A stretch of 64,000 nt of DNA from the human T2T-CHM13v2.0 reference genome, Homo sapiens. The position numbers and the translations under genes are program-made. The notes beneath the pieces are model-generated. The model was not told the DNA's origin, searched no databases, and saw only the letters and a list, made by a program, of their open reading frames with translations. The DNA is taken from assembly GCF_009914755.1 (NCBI RefSeq), contig NC_060938.1; one strand, given 5' to 3'. Of the stretch, positions 1 through 13,700 are shown one piece after another (positions within the stretch are counted from its first letter, which is position 1; each line of letters starts with the position of its first letter).

Positions 1-71
1 CTGTTAGGTGAGTGCATACGTCATAAAGGAGTTTCTGAGAATGTTTCTGTCTAGTGGTTATGGGAAGATAT

Positions 72-88
72 TTGCTTTTTCACCGTAG
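72..88 (-). promoter_or_regulatory. pJalpha-box-like site (A-type monomer)
   Basis: TTGCTTTTTCACCGTAG resembles the pJalpha motif TTCCTTTTYCACCRTAG and sits 171 bp from a CENP-B box at the homologous monomer position. Confidence 0.75.
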
Positions 89-242
89 GCCTCAGAGCGC
101 TCCAAATATCCACTTGCACATACTACAAAAAGAGTGCCTCAAAGCTGCTCTCTGAAACGGAATGTTCAACTCTATGAGTTGAATGCAAACATCGCAAAGA
201 CGTTTCTGAGAATGCTTCTGTCTAGATTTGATATGAAGATAT

Positions 243-259
243 TCCCGTTTCCAACGAAA
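243..259 (-). promoter_or_regulatory. CENP-B box 1 of the HOR (repeated in every unit)
   Basis: TCCCGTTTCCAACGAAA is the reverse complement of TTTCGTTGGAAACGGGA and matches the nTTCGnnnnAnnCGGGn core. Confidence 0.97.
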
Positions 260-413
260 TCTTCAAATCTATCCAAATGTCCACTTGCAGATTCAACAAA
301 AAGTGTTTTTCAGAACTGCTCTATCAAAAGAAAGATCCACCTCTGTTAGCTGAGTTCACACATCACAAACAAGTTTATGAGAATGCTTCTGTCTAGTTTT
401 TATTTGAAGATAT

Positions 414-430
414 TTCCTTTCTCACCATAG
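414..430 (-). promoter_or_regulatory. pJalpha-box-like site (A-type monomer)
   Basis: TTCCTTTCTCACCATAG at the box-homologous position. Confidence 0.75.
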
Positions 431-580
431 AGCTGAAAGCTGTCCTAATGTTCACTTCCAGATACTACAGAAAGAGTGTTTCAAAACTGCTGTACGAAAG
501 GGAATGTTCAACTCTGTGACTTGAATGCACACATCACAAAGAAGTTTCTGAGGATGCTGCTGTCTACTTTTCATACGTAA

Positions 581-597
581 TCCCGTTTCCAAAGAAA
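581..597 (-). promoter_or_regulatory. CENP-B box 2 of the HOR (disrupted in this copy, intact in most units)
   Basis: TCCCGTTTCCAAAGAAA has C>A at 593, which destroys the TTCG core. The homologous box in U2 (1945-1961) is canonical. Confidence 0.93.
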
Positions 598-751
598 TCC
601 TCCAAGCTATCCAAATATCCACTTGCAGATTCCACAGAAAGACTGTTTCAAAACTGCTCTGTCAATAGAAAGGTTCAACTCTGTTAGCTGCGTGCATATA
701 TCCCAAAGAAGATTCTGAGATTGCTTCTGTCTAGTTTTTATGGGAAGATAT

Positions 752-768
752 TTCCCTTTTCACCGTAG
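752..768 (-). promoter_or_regulatory. pJalpha-box-like site (A-type monomer)
   Basis: TTCCCTTTTCACCGTAG at the box-homologous position. Confidence 0.75.
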
Positions 769-922
769 GCGTCAAGGCGCTCCAAATGTCCACTTCCAGA
801 TACTACAAAAAGAGTGTTTCAAACCTACTCTGTGAAAGGGAATATTCAACTCTGTGACTTGAATGCACATATCACAAAGAAGTTTCTGAGAATGCTTCTG
901 TCGAGATTTTATATGAAGATAT

Positions 923-939
923 TCCCGTTTCCAACGAAA
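923..939 (-). promoter_or_regulatory. CENP-B box 3 of the HOR
   Basis: Exact TCCCGTTTCCAACGAAA. Confidence 0.97.
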
Positions 940-1093
940 TGCTGAAATCTATCCAAATATCCCCTCGCAGATTCTACAAAAAGAGTGTTTCAAAACTGCT
1001 CTGTGAAAAGAAAGGTTCAACTCTGTTAGTTGAGTACACACATCACAAACAAGTTTCACAGAATGCTTCTTTCTAGCTTGTAGGGGAAGATAT

Positions 1094-1110
1094 TCCCTTT
1101 ATCACCATGG
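1094..1110 (-). promoter_or_regulatory. Degenerate pJalpha-box-like site (A-type monomer)
   Basis: TCCCTTTATCACCATGG at the box-homologous position, with several mismatches to the motif. Confidence 0.6.
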
Positions 1111-1264
1111 GCCTCCAACCGTCCGAAACATCCACTTCCATATACTACAAAAAGAGCGTTTCAAACCTGCTCTATGAAAGGCAATGTTCAACTCTGTGAC
1201 TTGAATGCAGACATCACAGAGCAGTTTCTGAGAATGCTTCTGTCTAGATTTTATAGGAAGATAT

Positions 1265-1281
1265 TCCCGTTTCCAACGAAA
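1265..1281 (-). promoter_or_regulatory. CENP-B box 4 of the HOR
   Basis: Exact TCCCGTTTCCAACGAAA. Confidence 0.97.
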
Positions 1282-4200
1282 TCTTCACAGCTATCCAAAT
1301 ATCCACTTGCAGATTCTACAAAAAGAGTGTATCAAAACTGCTCTGTCAAAAGGAAGGTTCTTCTCTGTTAGGTGAGTGCATACGTCATAAAGGAGTTTCT
1401 GAGAATGTTTCTGTCTAGTGGTTATGGGAAGATATTTGCTTTTTCACCGTAGGCCTCAGAGCGCTCCAAATATCCACTTGCACATACTACAAAAAGAGTG
1501 CTTCAAAGCTGCTCTCTGAAACGGAATGTTCAACTCTATGAGTTGAATGCAAACATCACAAAGACGTTTCTGAGAATGCTTCTGTCTAGATTTGATATGA
1601 AGATATTCCCGTTTCCAACGAAATCTTCAAATCTATCCAAATGTCCACTTGCAGATTCAACAAAAAGTGTTTTTCAGAACTGCTCTATCAAAAGAAAGAT
1701 CCACCTCTGTTAGCTGAGTTCACACATCACAAACAAGTTTATGAGAATGCTTCTGTCTAGTTTTTATTTGAAGATATTTCCTTTCTCACCATAGAGCTGA
1801 AAGCTGTCCTAATGTTCACTTCCAGATACTACAGAAAGAGTGTTTCAAAACTGCTGTACGAAAGGGAATGTTCAACTCTGTGACTTGAATGCACACATCA
1901 CAAAGAAGTTTCTGAGGATGCTGCTGTCTACTTTTTATACGTAATCCCGTTTCCAACGAAATCCTCCAAGCTATCCAAATATCCACTTGCAGATTCCACA
2001 GAAAGACTGTTTCAAAACTGCTCTGTCAATAGAAAGGTTCAACTCTGTTAGCTGCGTGCATATATCCCAAAGAAGATTCTGAGATTGCTTCTGTCTAGTT
2101 TTTATGGGAAGATATTTCCCTTTTCACCGTAGGCGTCAAGGCGCTCCAAATGTCCACTTCCAGATACTACAAAAAGAGTGTTTCAAACCTACTCTGTGAA
2201 AGGGAATATTCAACTCTGTGACTTGAATGCACATATCACAAAGAAGTTTCTGAGAATGCTTCTGTCGAGATTTTATATGAAGATATTCCCGTTTCCAACG
2301 AAATCCTGAAATGTATCCAAATATCCCCTCGCAGATTCTACAAAAAGAGTGTTTCAAAACTGCTCTGTGAAAAGAAAGGTTCAACTCTGTTAGTTGAGTA
2401 CACACATCACAAACAAGTTTCACAGAATGCTTCTTTCTAGCTTGTAGGGGAAGATATTCCCTTTATCACCATGGGCCTCCAACCGTCCGAAACATCCACT
2501 TCCATATACTACAAAAAGAGCGTTTCAAACCTGCTCTATGAAAGGCAATGTTCAACTCTGTGACTTGAATGCAGACATCACAGAGCAGTTTCTGAGAATG
2601 CTTCTGTCTAGATTTTATAGGAAGATATTCCCGTTTCCAACGAAATCTTCACAGCTATCCAAATATCCACTTGCAGATTCTACAAAAAGAGTGTATCAAA
2701 ACTGCTCTGTCAAAAGGAAGGTTCTTCTCTGTTAGGTGAGTGCATACGTCATAAAGGAGTTTCTGAGAATGTTTCTGTCTAGTGGTTATGGGAAGATATT
2801 TGCTTTTTCACCGTAGGCCTCAGAGCGCTCCAAATATCCACTTGCACATACTACAAAAAGAGTGCTTCAAAGCTGCTCTCTGAAACGGAATGTTCAACTC
2901 TATGAGTTGAATGCAAACATCACAAAGACGTTTCTGAGAATGCTTCTGTCTAGATTTGATATGAAGATATTCCCGTTTCCAACGAAATCTTCAAATCTAT
3001 CCAAATGTCCACTTGCAGATTCAACAAAAAGTGTTTTTCAGAACTGCTCTATCAAAAGAAAGATCCACCTCTGTTAGCTGAGTTCACACATCACAAACAA
3101 GTTTATGAGAATGCTTCTGTCTAGTTTTTATTTGAAGATATTTCCTTTCTCACCATAGAGCTGAAAGCTGTCCTAATGTTCACTTCCAGATACTACAGAA
3201 AGAGTGTTTCAAAACTGCTGTACGAAAGGGAATGTTCAACTCTGTGACTTGAATGCACACATCACAAAGAAGTTTCTGAGGATGCTGCTGTCTACTTTTT
3301 ATACGTAATCCCGTTTCCAACGAAATCCTCCAAGCTATCCAAATATCCACTTGCAGATTCCACAGAAAGACTGTTTCAAAACTGCTCTGTCAATAGAAAG
3401 GTTCAACTCTGTTAGCTGCGTGCATATATCCCAAAGAAGATTCTGAGATTGCTTCTGTCTAGTTTTTATGGGAAGATATTTCCCTTTTCACCGTAGGCGT
3501 CAAGGCGCTCCAAATGTCCACTTCCAGATACTACAAAAAGAGTGTTTCAAACCTACTCTGTGAAAGGGAATATTCAACTCTGTGACTTGAATGCACATAT
3601 CACAAAGAAGTTTCTGAGAATGCTTCTGTCGAGATTTTATATGAAGATATTCCCGTTTCCAACGAAATGCTGAAATCTATCCAAATATCCCCTCGCAGAT
3701 TCTACAAAAAGAGTGTTTCAAAACTGCTCTGTGAAAAGAAAGGTTCAACTCTGTTAGTTGAGTACACACATCACAAACAAGTTTCACAGAATGCTTCTTT
3801 CTAGCTTGTAGGGGAAGATATTCCCTTTATCACCATGGGCCTCCAACCGTCCGAAACATCCACTTCCATATACTACAAAAAGAGCGTTTCAAACCTGCTC
3901 TATGAAAGGCAATGTTCAACTCTGTGACTTGAATGCAGACATCACAGAGCAGTTTCTGAGAATGCTTCTGTCTAGATTTTATAGGAAGATATTCCCGTTT
4001 CCAACGAAATCTTCACAGCTATCCAAATATCCACTTGCAGATTCTACAAAAAGAGTGTATCAAAACTGCTCTGTCAAAAGGAAGGTTCTTCTCTGTTAGG
4101 TGAGTGCATACGTCATAAAGGAGTTTCTGAGAATGTTTCTGTCTAGTGGTTATGGGAAGATATTTGCTTTTTCACCGTAGGCCTCAGAGCGCTCCAAATA

Positions 4201-7200
4201 TCCACTTGCACATACTACAAAAAGAGTGCTTCAAAGCTGCTCTCTGAAACGGAATGTTCAACTCTATGAGTTGAATGCAAACATCACAAAGACGTTTCTG
4301 AGAATGCTTCTGTCTAGATTTGATATGAAGATATTCCCGTTTCCAACGAAATCTTCAAATCTATCCAAATGTCCACTTGCAGATTCAACAAAAAGTGTTT
4401 TTCAGAACTGCTCTATCAAAAGAAAGATCCACCTCTGTTAGCTGAGTTCACACATCACAAACAAGTTTATGAGAATGCTTCTGTCTAGTTTTTATTTGAA
4501 GATATTTCCTTTCTCACCATAGAGCTGAAAGCTGTCCTAATGTTCACTTCCAGATACTACAGAAAGAGTGTTTCAAAACTGCTGTACGAAAGGGAATGTT
4601 CAACTCTGTGACTTGAATGCACACATCACAAAGAAGTTTCTGAGGATGCTGCTGTCTACTTTTTATACGTAATCCCGTTTCCAACGAAATCCTCCAAGCT
4701 ATCCAAATATCCACTTGCAGATTCCACAGAAAGACTGTTTCAAAACTGCTCTGTCAATAGAAAGGTTCAACTCTGTTAGCTGCATGCATATATCCCAAAG
4801 AAGATTCTGAGATTGCTTCTGTCTAGTTTTTATGGGAAGATATTTCCCTTTTCACCGTAGGCGTCAAGGCGCTCCAAATGTCCACTTCCAGATACTACAA
4901 AAAGAGTGTTTCAAACCTACTCTGTGAAAGGGAATATTCAACTCTGTGACTTGAATGCACATATCACAAGGAAGTTTCTGAGAATGCTTCTGTCGAGATT
5001 TTATATGAAGATATTCCCGTTTCCAACGAAATCCTGAAATGTATCCAAATATCCCCTTGCAGATTCTACAAAAAGAGTGTTTCAAAACTGCTCTGTAAAA
5101 AGAAAGGTTCAACTCTGTTAGTTGAGTACACACATCACAAACAAGTTTCACACAATGCTTCTTTCTAGCTTGTAGGGGAAGATATTCCCTTTATCACCAT
5201 GGGCCTCAAACCGTCCGATAAGTCCACTTCCATATACTACAAAAAGAGCGTTTCAAACCTGCTCTATGAAAGGCAATGTTCAACTCTGTGACTTGAATGC
5301 AGACATCACAGAGCAGTTTCTGAGAATGCTTCTGTCTAGATTTTATAGGAAGATATTCCCGTTTCCAACGAAATCTTCACAGCTATCCAAATATTCACTT
5401 GCAGATTCTACAAAAAGAGTGTATCAAAACTGCTCTGTCAAAAGGAAGGTTCTTCTCTGTTAGGTGAGTGCATACGTCATAAAGGAGTTTCTGAGAATGT
5501 TTCTGTCTAGTGGTTATGGGAAGATATTTGCTTTTTCACCGTAGGCCTCAGAGCGCTCCAAATATCCACTTGCACATACTACAAAAAGAGTGCCTCAAAG
5601 CTGCTCTCTGAAACGGAATGTTCAACTCTATGAGTTGAATGCAAACATCGCAAAGACGTCTCTGAGAATGCTTCTGTCTAGATTTGATATGAAGATATTC
5701 CCGTTTCCAACGAAATCTTCAAATCTATCCAAATGTCCACTTGCAGATTCAACAAAAAGTGTTTTTCAGAACTGCTCTATCAAAAGAAAGATCCACCTCT
5801 GTTAGCTGAGTTCACACATCACAAACAAGTTTATGAGAATGCTTCTGTCTAGTTTTTATTTGAAGATATTTCCTTTCTCACCATAGAGCTGAAAGCTGTC
5901 CTAATGTTCACTTCCAGATACTACAGAAAGAGTGTTTCAAAACTGCTGTACGAAAGGGAATGTTCAACTATGTGACTTGAATGCACACATCACAAAGAAG
6001 TTTCTGAGGATGCTGCTGTCTACTTTTTATACGTAATCCCGTTTCCAACGAAATCCTCCAAGCTATCCAAATATCCACTTGCAGATTCCACAGAAAGACT
6101 GTTTCAAAACTGCTCTGTCAATAGAAAGGTTCAACTCTGTTAGCTGCGTGCATATATCCCAAAGAAGATTCTGAGATTGCTTCTGTCTAGTTTTTATGGG
6201 AAGATATTTCCCTTTTCACCGTAGGCGTCAAGGCGCTCCAAATGTCCACTTCCAGATACTACAAAAAGAGTGTTTCAAACCTACTCTGTGAAAGGGAATA
6301 TTCAACTCTGTGACTTGAATGCACATATCACAAAGAAGTTTCTGAGAATGCTTCTGTCGAGATTTTATATGAAGATATTCCCGTTTCCAACGAAATGCTG
6401 AAATCTATCCAAATATCCCCTCGCAGATTCTACAAAAAGAGTGTTTCAAAACTGCTCTGTGAAAAGAAAGGTTCAACTCTGTTAGTTGAGTACACACATC
6501 ACAAACAAGTTTCACAGAATGCTTCTTTCTAGCTTGTAGGGGAAGATATTCCCTTTATCACCATGGGCCTCCAACCGTCCGAAACATCCACTTCCATATA
6601 CCACAAAAAGAGCGTTTCAAACCTGCTCTATGAAAGGCAATGTTCAACTCTGTGACTTGAATGCAGACATCACAGAGCAGTTTCTGAGAATGCTTCTGTC
6701 TAGATTTTATAGGAAGATATTCCCGTTTCCAACGAAATCTTCACAGCTATCCAAATATCCACTTGCAGATTCTACAAAAAGAGTGTATCAAAACTGCTCT
6801 GTCAAAAGGAAGGTTCTTCTCTGTTAGGTGAGTGCATACGTCATAAAGGAGTTTCTGAGAATGTTTCTGTCTAGTGGTTATGGGAAGATATTTGCTTTTT
6901 CACCGTAGGCCTCAGAGCGCTCCAAATATCCACTTGCACATACTACAAAAAGAGTGCTTCAAAGCTGCTCTCTGAAACGGAATGTTCAACTCTATGAGTT
7001 GAATGCAAACATCACAAAGACGTTTCTGAGAATGCTTCTGTCTAGATTTGATATGAAGATATTCCCGTTTCCAACGAAATCTTCAAATCTATCCAAATGT
7101 CCACTTGCAGATTCAACAAAAAGTGTTTTTCAGAACTGCTCTATCAAAAGAAAGATCCACCTCTGTTAGCTGAGTTCACACATCACAAACAACTTTATGA

Positions 7201-7742
7201 GAATGCTTCTGTCTAGTTTTTATTTGAAGATATTTCCTTTCTCACCATAGAGCTGAAAGCTGTCCTAATGTTCACTTCCAGATACTACAGAAAGAGTGTT
7301 TCAAAACTGCTGTACGAAAGGGAATGTTCAACTCTGTGACTTGAATGCACACATCACAAAGAAGTTTCTGAGGATGCTGCTGTCTACTTTTTATACGTAA
7401 TCCCGTTTCCAACGAAATCCTCCAAGCTATCCAAATATCCACTTGCAGATTCCACAGAAAGACTGTTTCAAAACTGCTCTGTCAATAGAAAGGCTCAACT
7501 CTGTTAGCTGCATGCATATATCCCAAAGAAGATTCTGAGATTGCTTCTGTCTAGTTTTTATGGGAAGATATTTCCCTTTTCACCGTAGGCGTCAAGGCGC
7601 TCCAAATGTCCACTTCCAGATACTACAAAAAGAGTGTTTCAAACCTACTCTGTGAAAGGGAATATTCAACTCTGTGACTTGAATGCACATATCACAAGGA
7701 AGTTTCTGAGAATGCTTCTGTCGAGATTTTATATGAAGATAT

Positions 7743-7759
7743 TCCCGTTTCCAACGACA
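7743..7759 (-). promoter_or_regulatory. Disrupted CENP-B box (box 3 of U6)
   Basis: TCCCGTTTCCAACGACA has A>C at 7758, changing the minus-strand core TTCG to GTCG. Confidence 0.85.
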
Positions 7760-10700
7760 TCCTGAAATCTATCCAAATATCCCCTTGCAGATTCTACAAA
7801 AAGAGTGTTTCAAAACTGCTCTGTAAAAAGAAAGGTTCAACTCTGTTAGTTGAGTACACACATCACAAACAAGTTTCACACAATGCTTCTTTCTAGCTTG
7901 TAGGGGAAGATATTCCCTTTATCACCATGGGCCTCAAACCGTCCGATAAGTCCACTTCCATATACTACAAAAAGAGCGTTTCAAACCTGCTCTATGAAAG
8001 GCAATGTTCAACTCTGTGACTTGAATGCAGACATCACAGAGCAGTTTCTGAGAATGCTTCTGTCTAGATTTTATAGGAAGATATTCCCGTTTCCAACGAA
8101 ATCTTCACAGCTATCCAAATATCCACTTGCAGATTCTACAAAAAGAGTGTATCAAAACTGCTCTGTCAAAAGGAAGGTTCTTTTCTGTTAGGTGAGTGCA
8201 TACGTCATAAAGGAGTTTCTGAGAATGTTTCTGTCTAGTGGTTATGGGAAGATATTTGCTTTTTCACCGTAGGCCTCAGAGCGCTCCAAATATCCACTTG
8301 CACATACTACAAAAAGAGTGCCTCAAAGCTGCTCTCTGAAACGGAATGTTCAACTCTATGAGTTGAATGCAAACATCGCAAAGACGTTTCTGAGAATGCT
8401 TCTGTCTAGATTTGATATGAAGATATTCCCGTTTCCAACGAAATCTTCAAATCTATCCAAATGTCCACTTGCAGATTCAACAAAAAGTGTTTTTCAGAAC
8501 TGCTCTATCAAAAGAAAGATCCACCTCTGTTAGCTGAGTTCACACATCACAAACAAGTTTATGAGAATGCTTCTGTCTAGTTTTTATTTGAAGATATTTC
8601 CTTTCTCACCATAGAGCTGAAAGCTGTCCTAATGTTCACTTCCAGATACTACAGAAAGAGTGTTTCAAAACTGCTGTACGAAAGGGAATGTTCAACTATG
8701 TGACTTGAATGCACACATCACAAAGAAGTTTCTGAGGATGCTGCTGTCTACTTTTTATACGTAATCCCGTTTCCAACGAAATCCTCCAAGCTATCCAAAT
8801 ATCCACTTGCAGATTCCACAGAAAGACTGTTTCAAAACTGCTCTGTCAATAGAAAGGTTCAACTCTGTTAGCTGCGTGCATATATCCCAAAGAAGATTCT
8901 GAGATTGCTTCTGTCTAGTTTTTATGGGAAGATATTTCCCTTTTCACCGTAGGCGTCAAGGCGCTCCAAATGTCCACTTCCAGATACTACAAAAAGAGTG
9001 TTTCAAACCTACTCTGTGAAAGGGAATATTCAACTCTGTGACTTGAATGCACATATCACAAGGAAGTTTCTGAGAATGCTTCTGTCGAGATTTTATATGA
9101 AGATATTCCCGTTTCCAACGAAATCCTGAAATCTATCCAAATATCCCCTTGCAGATTCTACAAAAAGAGTGTTTCAAAACTGCTCTGTAAAAAGAAAGGT
9201 TCAACTCTGTTAGTTGAGTACACACATCACAAACAAGTTTCACAGAATGCTTCTTTCTAGCTTGTAGGGGAAGATATTCCCTTTATCACCATGGGCCTCA
9301 AACCGTCCGATAAGTCCACTTCCATATACTACAAAAAGAGCGTTTCAAACCTGCTCTATGAAAGGCAATGTTCAACTCTGTGACTTGAATGCAGACATCA
9401 CAGAGCAGTTTCTGAGAATGCTTCTGTCTAGATTTTATAGGAAGATATTCCCGTTTCCAACGAAATCTTCACAGCTATCCAAATATCCACTTGCAGATTC
9501 TACAAAAAGAGTGTATCAAAACTGCTCTGTCAAAAGGAAGGTTCTTCTCTGTTAGGTGAGTGCATACGTCATAAAGGAGTTTCTGAGAATGTTTCTGTCT
9601 AGTGGTTATGGGAAGATATTTGCTTTTTCACCGTAGGCCTCAGAGCGCTCCAAATATCCACTTGCACATACTACAAAAAGAGTGCCTCAAAGCTGCTCTC
9701 TGAAACGGAATGTTCAACTCTATGAGTTGAATGCAAACATCGCAAAGACGTTTCTGAGAATGCTTCTGTCTAGATTTGATATGAAGATATTCCCGTTTCC
9801 AACGAAATCTTCAAATCTATCCAAATGTCCACTTGCAGATTCAACAAAAAGTGTTTTTCAGAACTGCTCTATCAAAAGAAAGATCCACCTCTGTTAGCTG
9901 AGTTCACACATCACAAACAAGTTTATGAGAATGCTTCTGTCTAGTTTTTATTTGAAGATATTTCCTTTCTCACCATAGAGCTGAAAGCTGTCCTAATGTT
10001 CACTTCCAGATACTACAGAAAGAGTGTTTCAAAACTGCTGTACGAAAGGGAATGTTCAACTATGTGACTTGAATGCACACATCACAAAGAAGTTTCTGAG
10101 GATGCTGCTGTCTACTTTTTATACGTAATCCCGTTTCCAACGAAATCCTCCAAGCTATCCAAATATCCACTTGCAGATTCCACAGAAAGACTGTTTCAAA
10201 ACTGCTCTGTCAATAGAAAGGTTCAACTCTGTTAGCTGCGTGCATATATCCCAAAGAAGATTCTGAGATTGCTTCTGTCTAGTTTTTATGGGAAGATATT
10301 TCCCTTTTCACCGTAGGCGTCAAGGCGCTCCAAATGTCCACTTCCAGATACTACAAAAAGAGTGTTTCAAACCTACTCTGTGAAAGGGAATATTCAACTC
10401 TGTGACTTGAATGCACATATCACAAAGAAGTTTCTGAGAATGCTTCTGTCGAGATTTTATATGAAGATATTCCCGTTTCCAACGAAATGCTGAAATCTAT
10501 CCAAATATCCCCTCGCAGATTCTACAAAAAGAGTGTTTCAAAACTGCTCTGTGAAAAGAAAGGTTCAACTCTGTTAGTTGAGTACACACATCACAAACAA
10601 GTTTCACAGAATGCTTCTTTCTAGCTTGTAGGGGAAGATATTCCCTTTATCACCATGGGCCTCCAACCGTCCGAAACATCCACTTCCATATACTACAAAA

Positions 10701-13700
10701 AGAGCGTTTCAAACCTGCTCTATGAAAGGCAATGTTCAACTCTGTGACTTGAATGCAGACATCACAGAGCAGTTTCTGAGAATGCTTCTGTCTAGATTTT
10801 ATAGGAAGATATTCCCGTTTCCAACGAAATCTTCACAGCTATCCAAATATCCACTTGCAGATTCTACAAAAAGAGTGTATCAAAACTGCTCTGTCAAAAG
10901 GAAGGTTCTTCTCTGTTAGGTGAGTGCATACGTCATAAAGGAGTTTCTGAGAATGTTTCTGTCTAGTGGTTATGGGAAGATATTTGCTTTTTCACCGTAG
11001 GCCTCAGAGCGCTCCAAATATCCACTTGCACATACTACAAAAAGAGTGCCTCAAAGCTGCTCTCTGAAACGGAATGTTCAACTCTATGAGTTGAATGCAA
11101 GCATCGCAAAGACGTTTCTGAGAATGCTTCTGTCTAGATTTGATATGAAGATATTCCCGTTTCCAACGAAATCTTCAAATCTATCCAAATGTCCACTTGC
11201 AGATTCAACAAAAAGTGTTTTTCAGAACTGCTCTATCAAAAGAAAGATCCACCTCTGTTAGCTGAGTTCACACATCACAAACAAGTTTATGAGAATGCTT
11301 CTGTCTAGTTTTTATTTGAAGATATTTCCTTTCTCACCATAGAGCTGAAAGCTGTCCTAATGTTCACTTCCAGATACTACAGAAAGAGTGTTTCAAAACT
11401 GCTGTACGAAAGGGAATGTTCAACTCTGTGACTTGAATGCACACATCACAAAGAAGTTTCTGAGGATGCTGCTGTCTACTTTTTATACGTAATCCCGTTT
11501 CCAACGAAATCCTCCAAGCTATCCAAATATCCACTTGCAGATTCCACAGAAAGACTGTTTCAAAACTGCTCTGTCAATAGAAAGGTTCAACTCTGTTAGC
11601 TGCATGCATATATCCCAAAGAAGATTCTGAGATTGCTTCTGTCTAGTTTTTATGGGAAGATATTTCCCTTTTCACCGTAGGCGTCAAGGCGCTCCAAATG
11701 TCCACTTCCAGATACTACAAAAAGAGTGTTTCAAACCTACTCTGTGAAAGGGAATATTCAACTCTGTGACTTGAATGCACATATCACAAGGAAGTTTCTG
11801 AGAATGCTTCTGTCGAGATTTTATATGAAGATATTCCCGTTTCCAACGAAATCCTGAAATCTATCCAAATATCCCCTTGCAGATTCTACAAAAAGAGTGT
11901 TTCAAAACTGCTCTGTAAAAAGAAAGGTTCAACTCTGTTAGTTGAGTACACACATCACAAACAAGTTTCACAGAATGCTTCTTTCTAGCTTGTAGGGGAA
12001 GATATTCCCTTTATCACCATGGGCCTCCAACCGTCCGATAAGTCCACTTCCATATACTACAAAAAGAGCGTTTCAAACCTGCTCTATGAAAGGCAATGTT
12101 CAACTCTGTGACTTGAATGCAGACATCACAGAGCAGTTTCTGAGAATGCTTCTGTCTAGATTTTATAGGAAGATATTCCCGTTTCCAACGAAATCTTCAC
12201 AGCTATCCAAATATCCACTTGCAGATTCTACAAAAAGAGTGTATCAAAACTGCTCTGTCAAAAGGAAGGTTCTTTTCTGTTAGGTGAGTGCATACGTCAT
12301 AAAGGAGTTTCTGAGAATGTTTCTGTCTAGTGGTTATGGGAAGATATTTGCTTTTTCACCGTAGGCCTCAGAGCGCTCCAAGTATCCACTTGCACATACT
12401 ACAAAAAGAGTGCCTCAAACCTGCTCTCTGAAACGGAATGTTCAACTCTATGAGTTGAATGCAAACATCGCAAAGACGTTTCTGAGAATGCTTCTGTCTA
12501 GATTTGATATGAAGATATTCCCGTTTCCAACGAAATCTTCAAATCTATCCAAATGTCCACTTGCAGATTCAACAAAAAGTGTTTTTCAGAACTGCTCTAT
12601 CAAAAGAAAGATCCACCTCTGTTAGCTGAGTTCACACATCACAAACAAGTTTATGAGAATGCTTCTGTCTAGTTTTTATTTGAAGATATTTCCTTTCTCA
12701 CCATAGAGCTGAAAGCTGTCCTAATGTTCACTTCCAGATACTACAGAAAGAGTGTTTCAAAACTGCTGTACGAAAGGGAATGTTCAACTCTGTGACTTGA
12801 ATGCACACATCACAAAGAAGTTTCTGAGGATGCTGCTGTCTACTTTTTATACGTAATCCCGTTTCCAACGAAATCCTCCAAGCTATCCAAATATCCACTT
12901 GCAGATTCCACAGAAAGACTGTTTCAAAACTGCTCTGTCAATAGAAAGGTTCAACTCTGTTAGCTGCGTGCATATATCCCAAAGAAGATTCTGAGATTGC
13001 TTCTGTCTAGTTTTTATGGGAAGATATTTCCCTTTTCACCGTAGGCGTCAAGGCGCTCCAAATGTCCACTTCCAGATACTACAAAAAGAGTGTTTCAAAC
13101 CTACTCTGTGAAAGGGAATATTCAACTCTGTGACTTGAATGCACATATCACAAAGAAGTTTCTGAGAATGCTTCTGTCGAGATTTTATATGAAGATATTC
13201 CCGTTTCCAACGAAATGCTGAAATCTATCCAAATATCCCCTCGCAGATTCTACAAAAAGAGTGTTTCAAAACTGCTCTGTGAAAAGAAAGGTTCAACTCT
13301 GTTAGTTGAGTACACACATCACAAACAAGTTTCACAGAATGCTTCTTTCTAGCTTGTAGGGGAAGATATTCCCTTTATCACCATGGGCCTCCAACCGTCC
13401 GAAACATCCACTTCCATATACTACAAATGAGCGTTTCAAACCTGCTCTATGAAAGGCAATGTTCAACTCTGTGACTTGAATGCAGACATCACAGAGCAGT
13501 TTCTGAGAATGCTTCTGTCTAGATTTTATAGGAAGATATTCCCGTTTCCAACGAAATCTTCACAGCTATCCAAATATCCACTTGCAGATTCTACAAAAAG
13601 AGTGTATCAAAACTGCTCTGTCAAAAGGAAGGTTCTTCTCTGTTAGGTGAGTGCATACGTCATAAAGGAGTTTCTGAGAATGTTTCTGTCTAGTGGTTAT

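Larger units (their letters stand above)
1..1364 (-). repeat. Representative single HOR unit (U1), 8 monomers
   Basis: Homologous box positions at 72, 243, 414, 581, 752, 923, 1094, 1265 and next 1436 give spacings of 171,171,167,171,171,171,171,171, summing to 1364. Confidence 0.97.
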
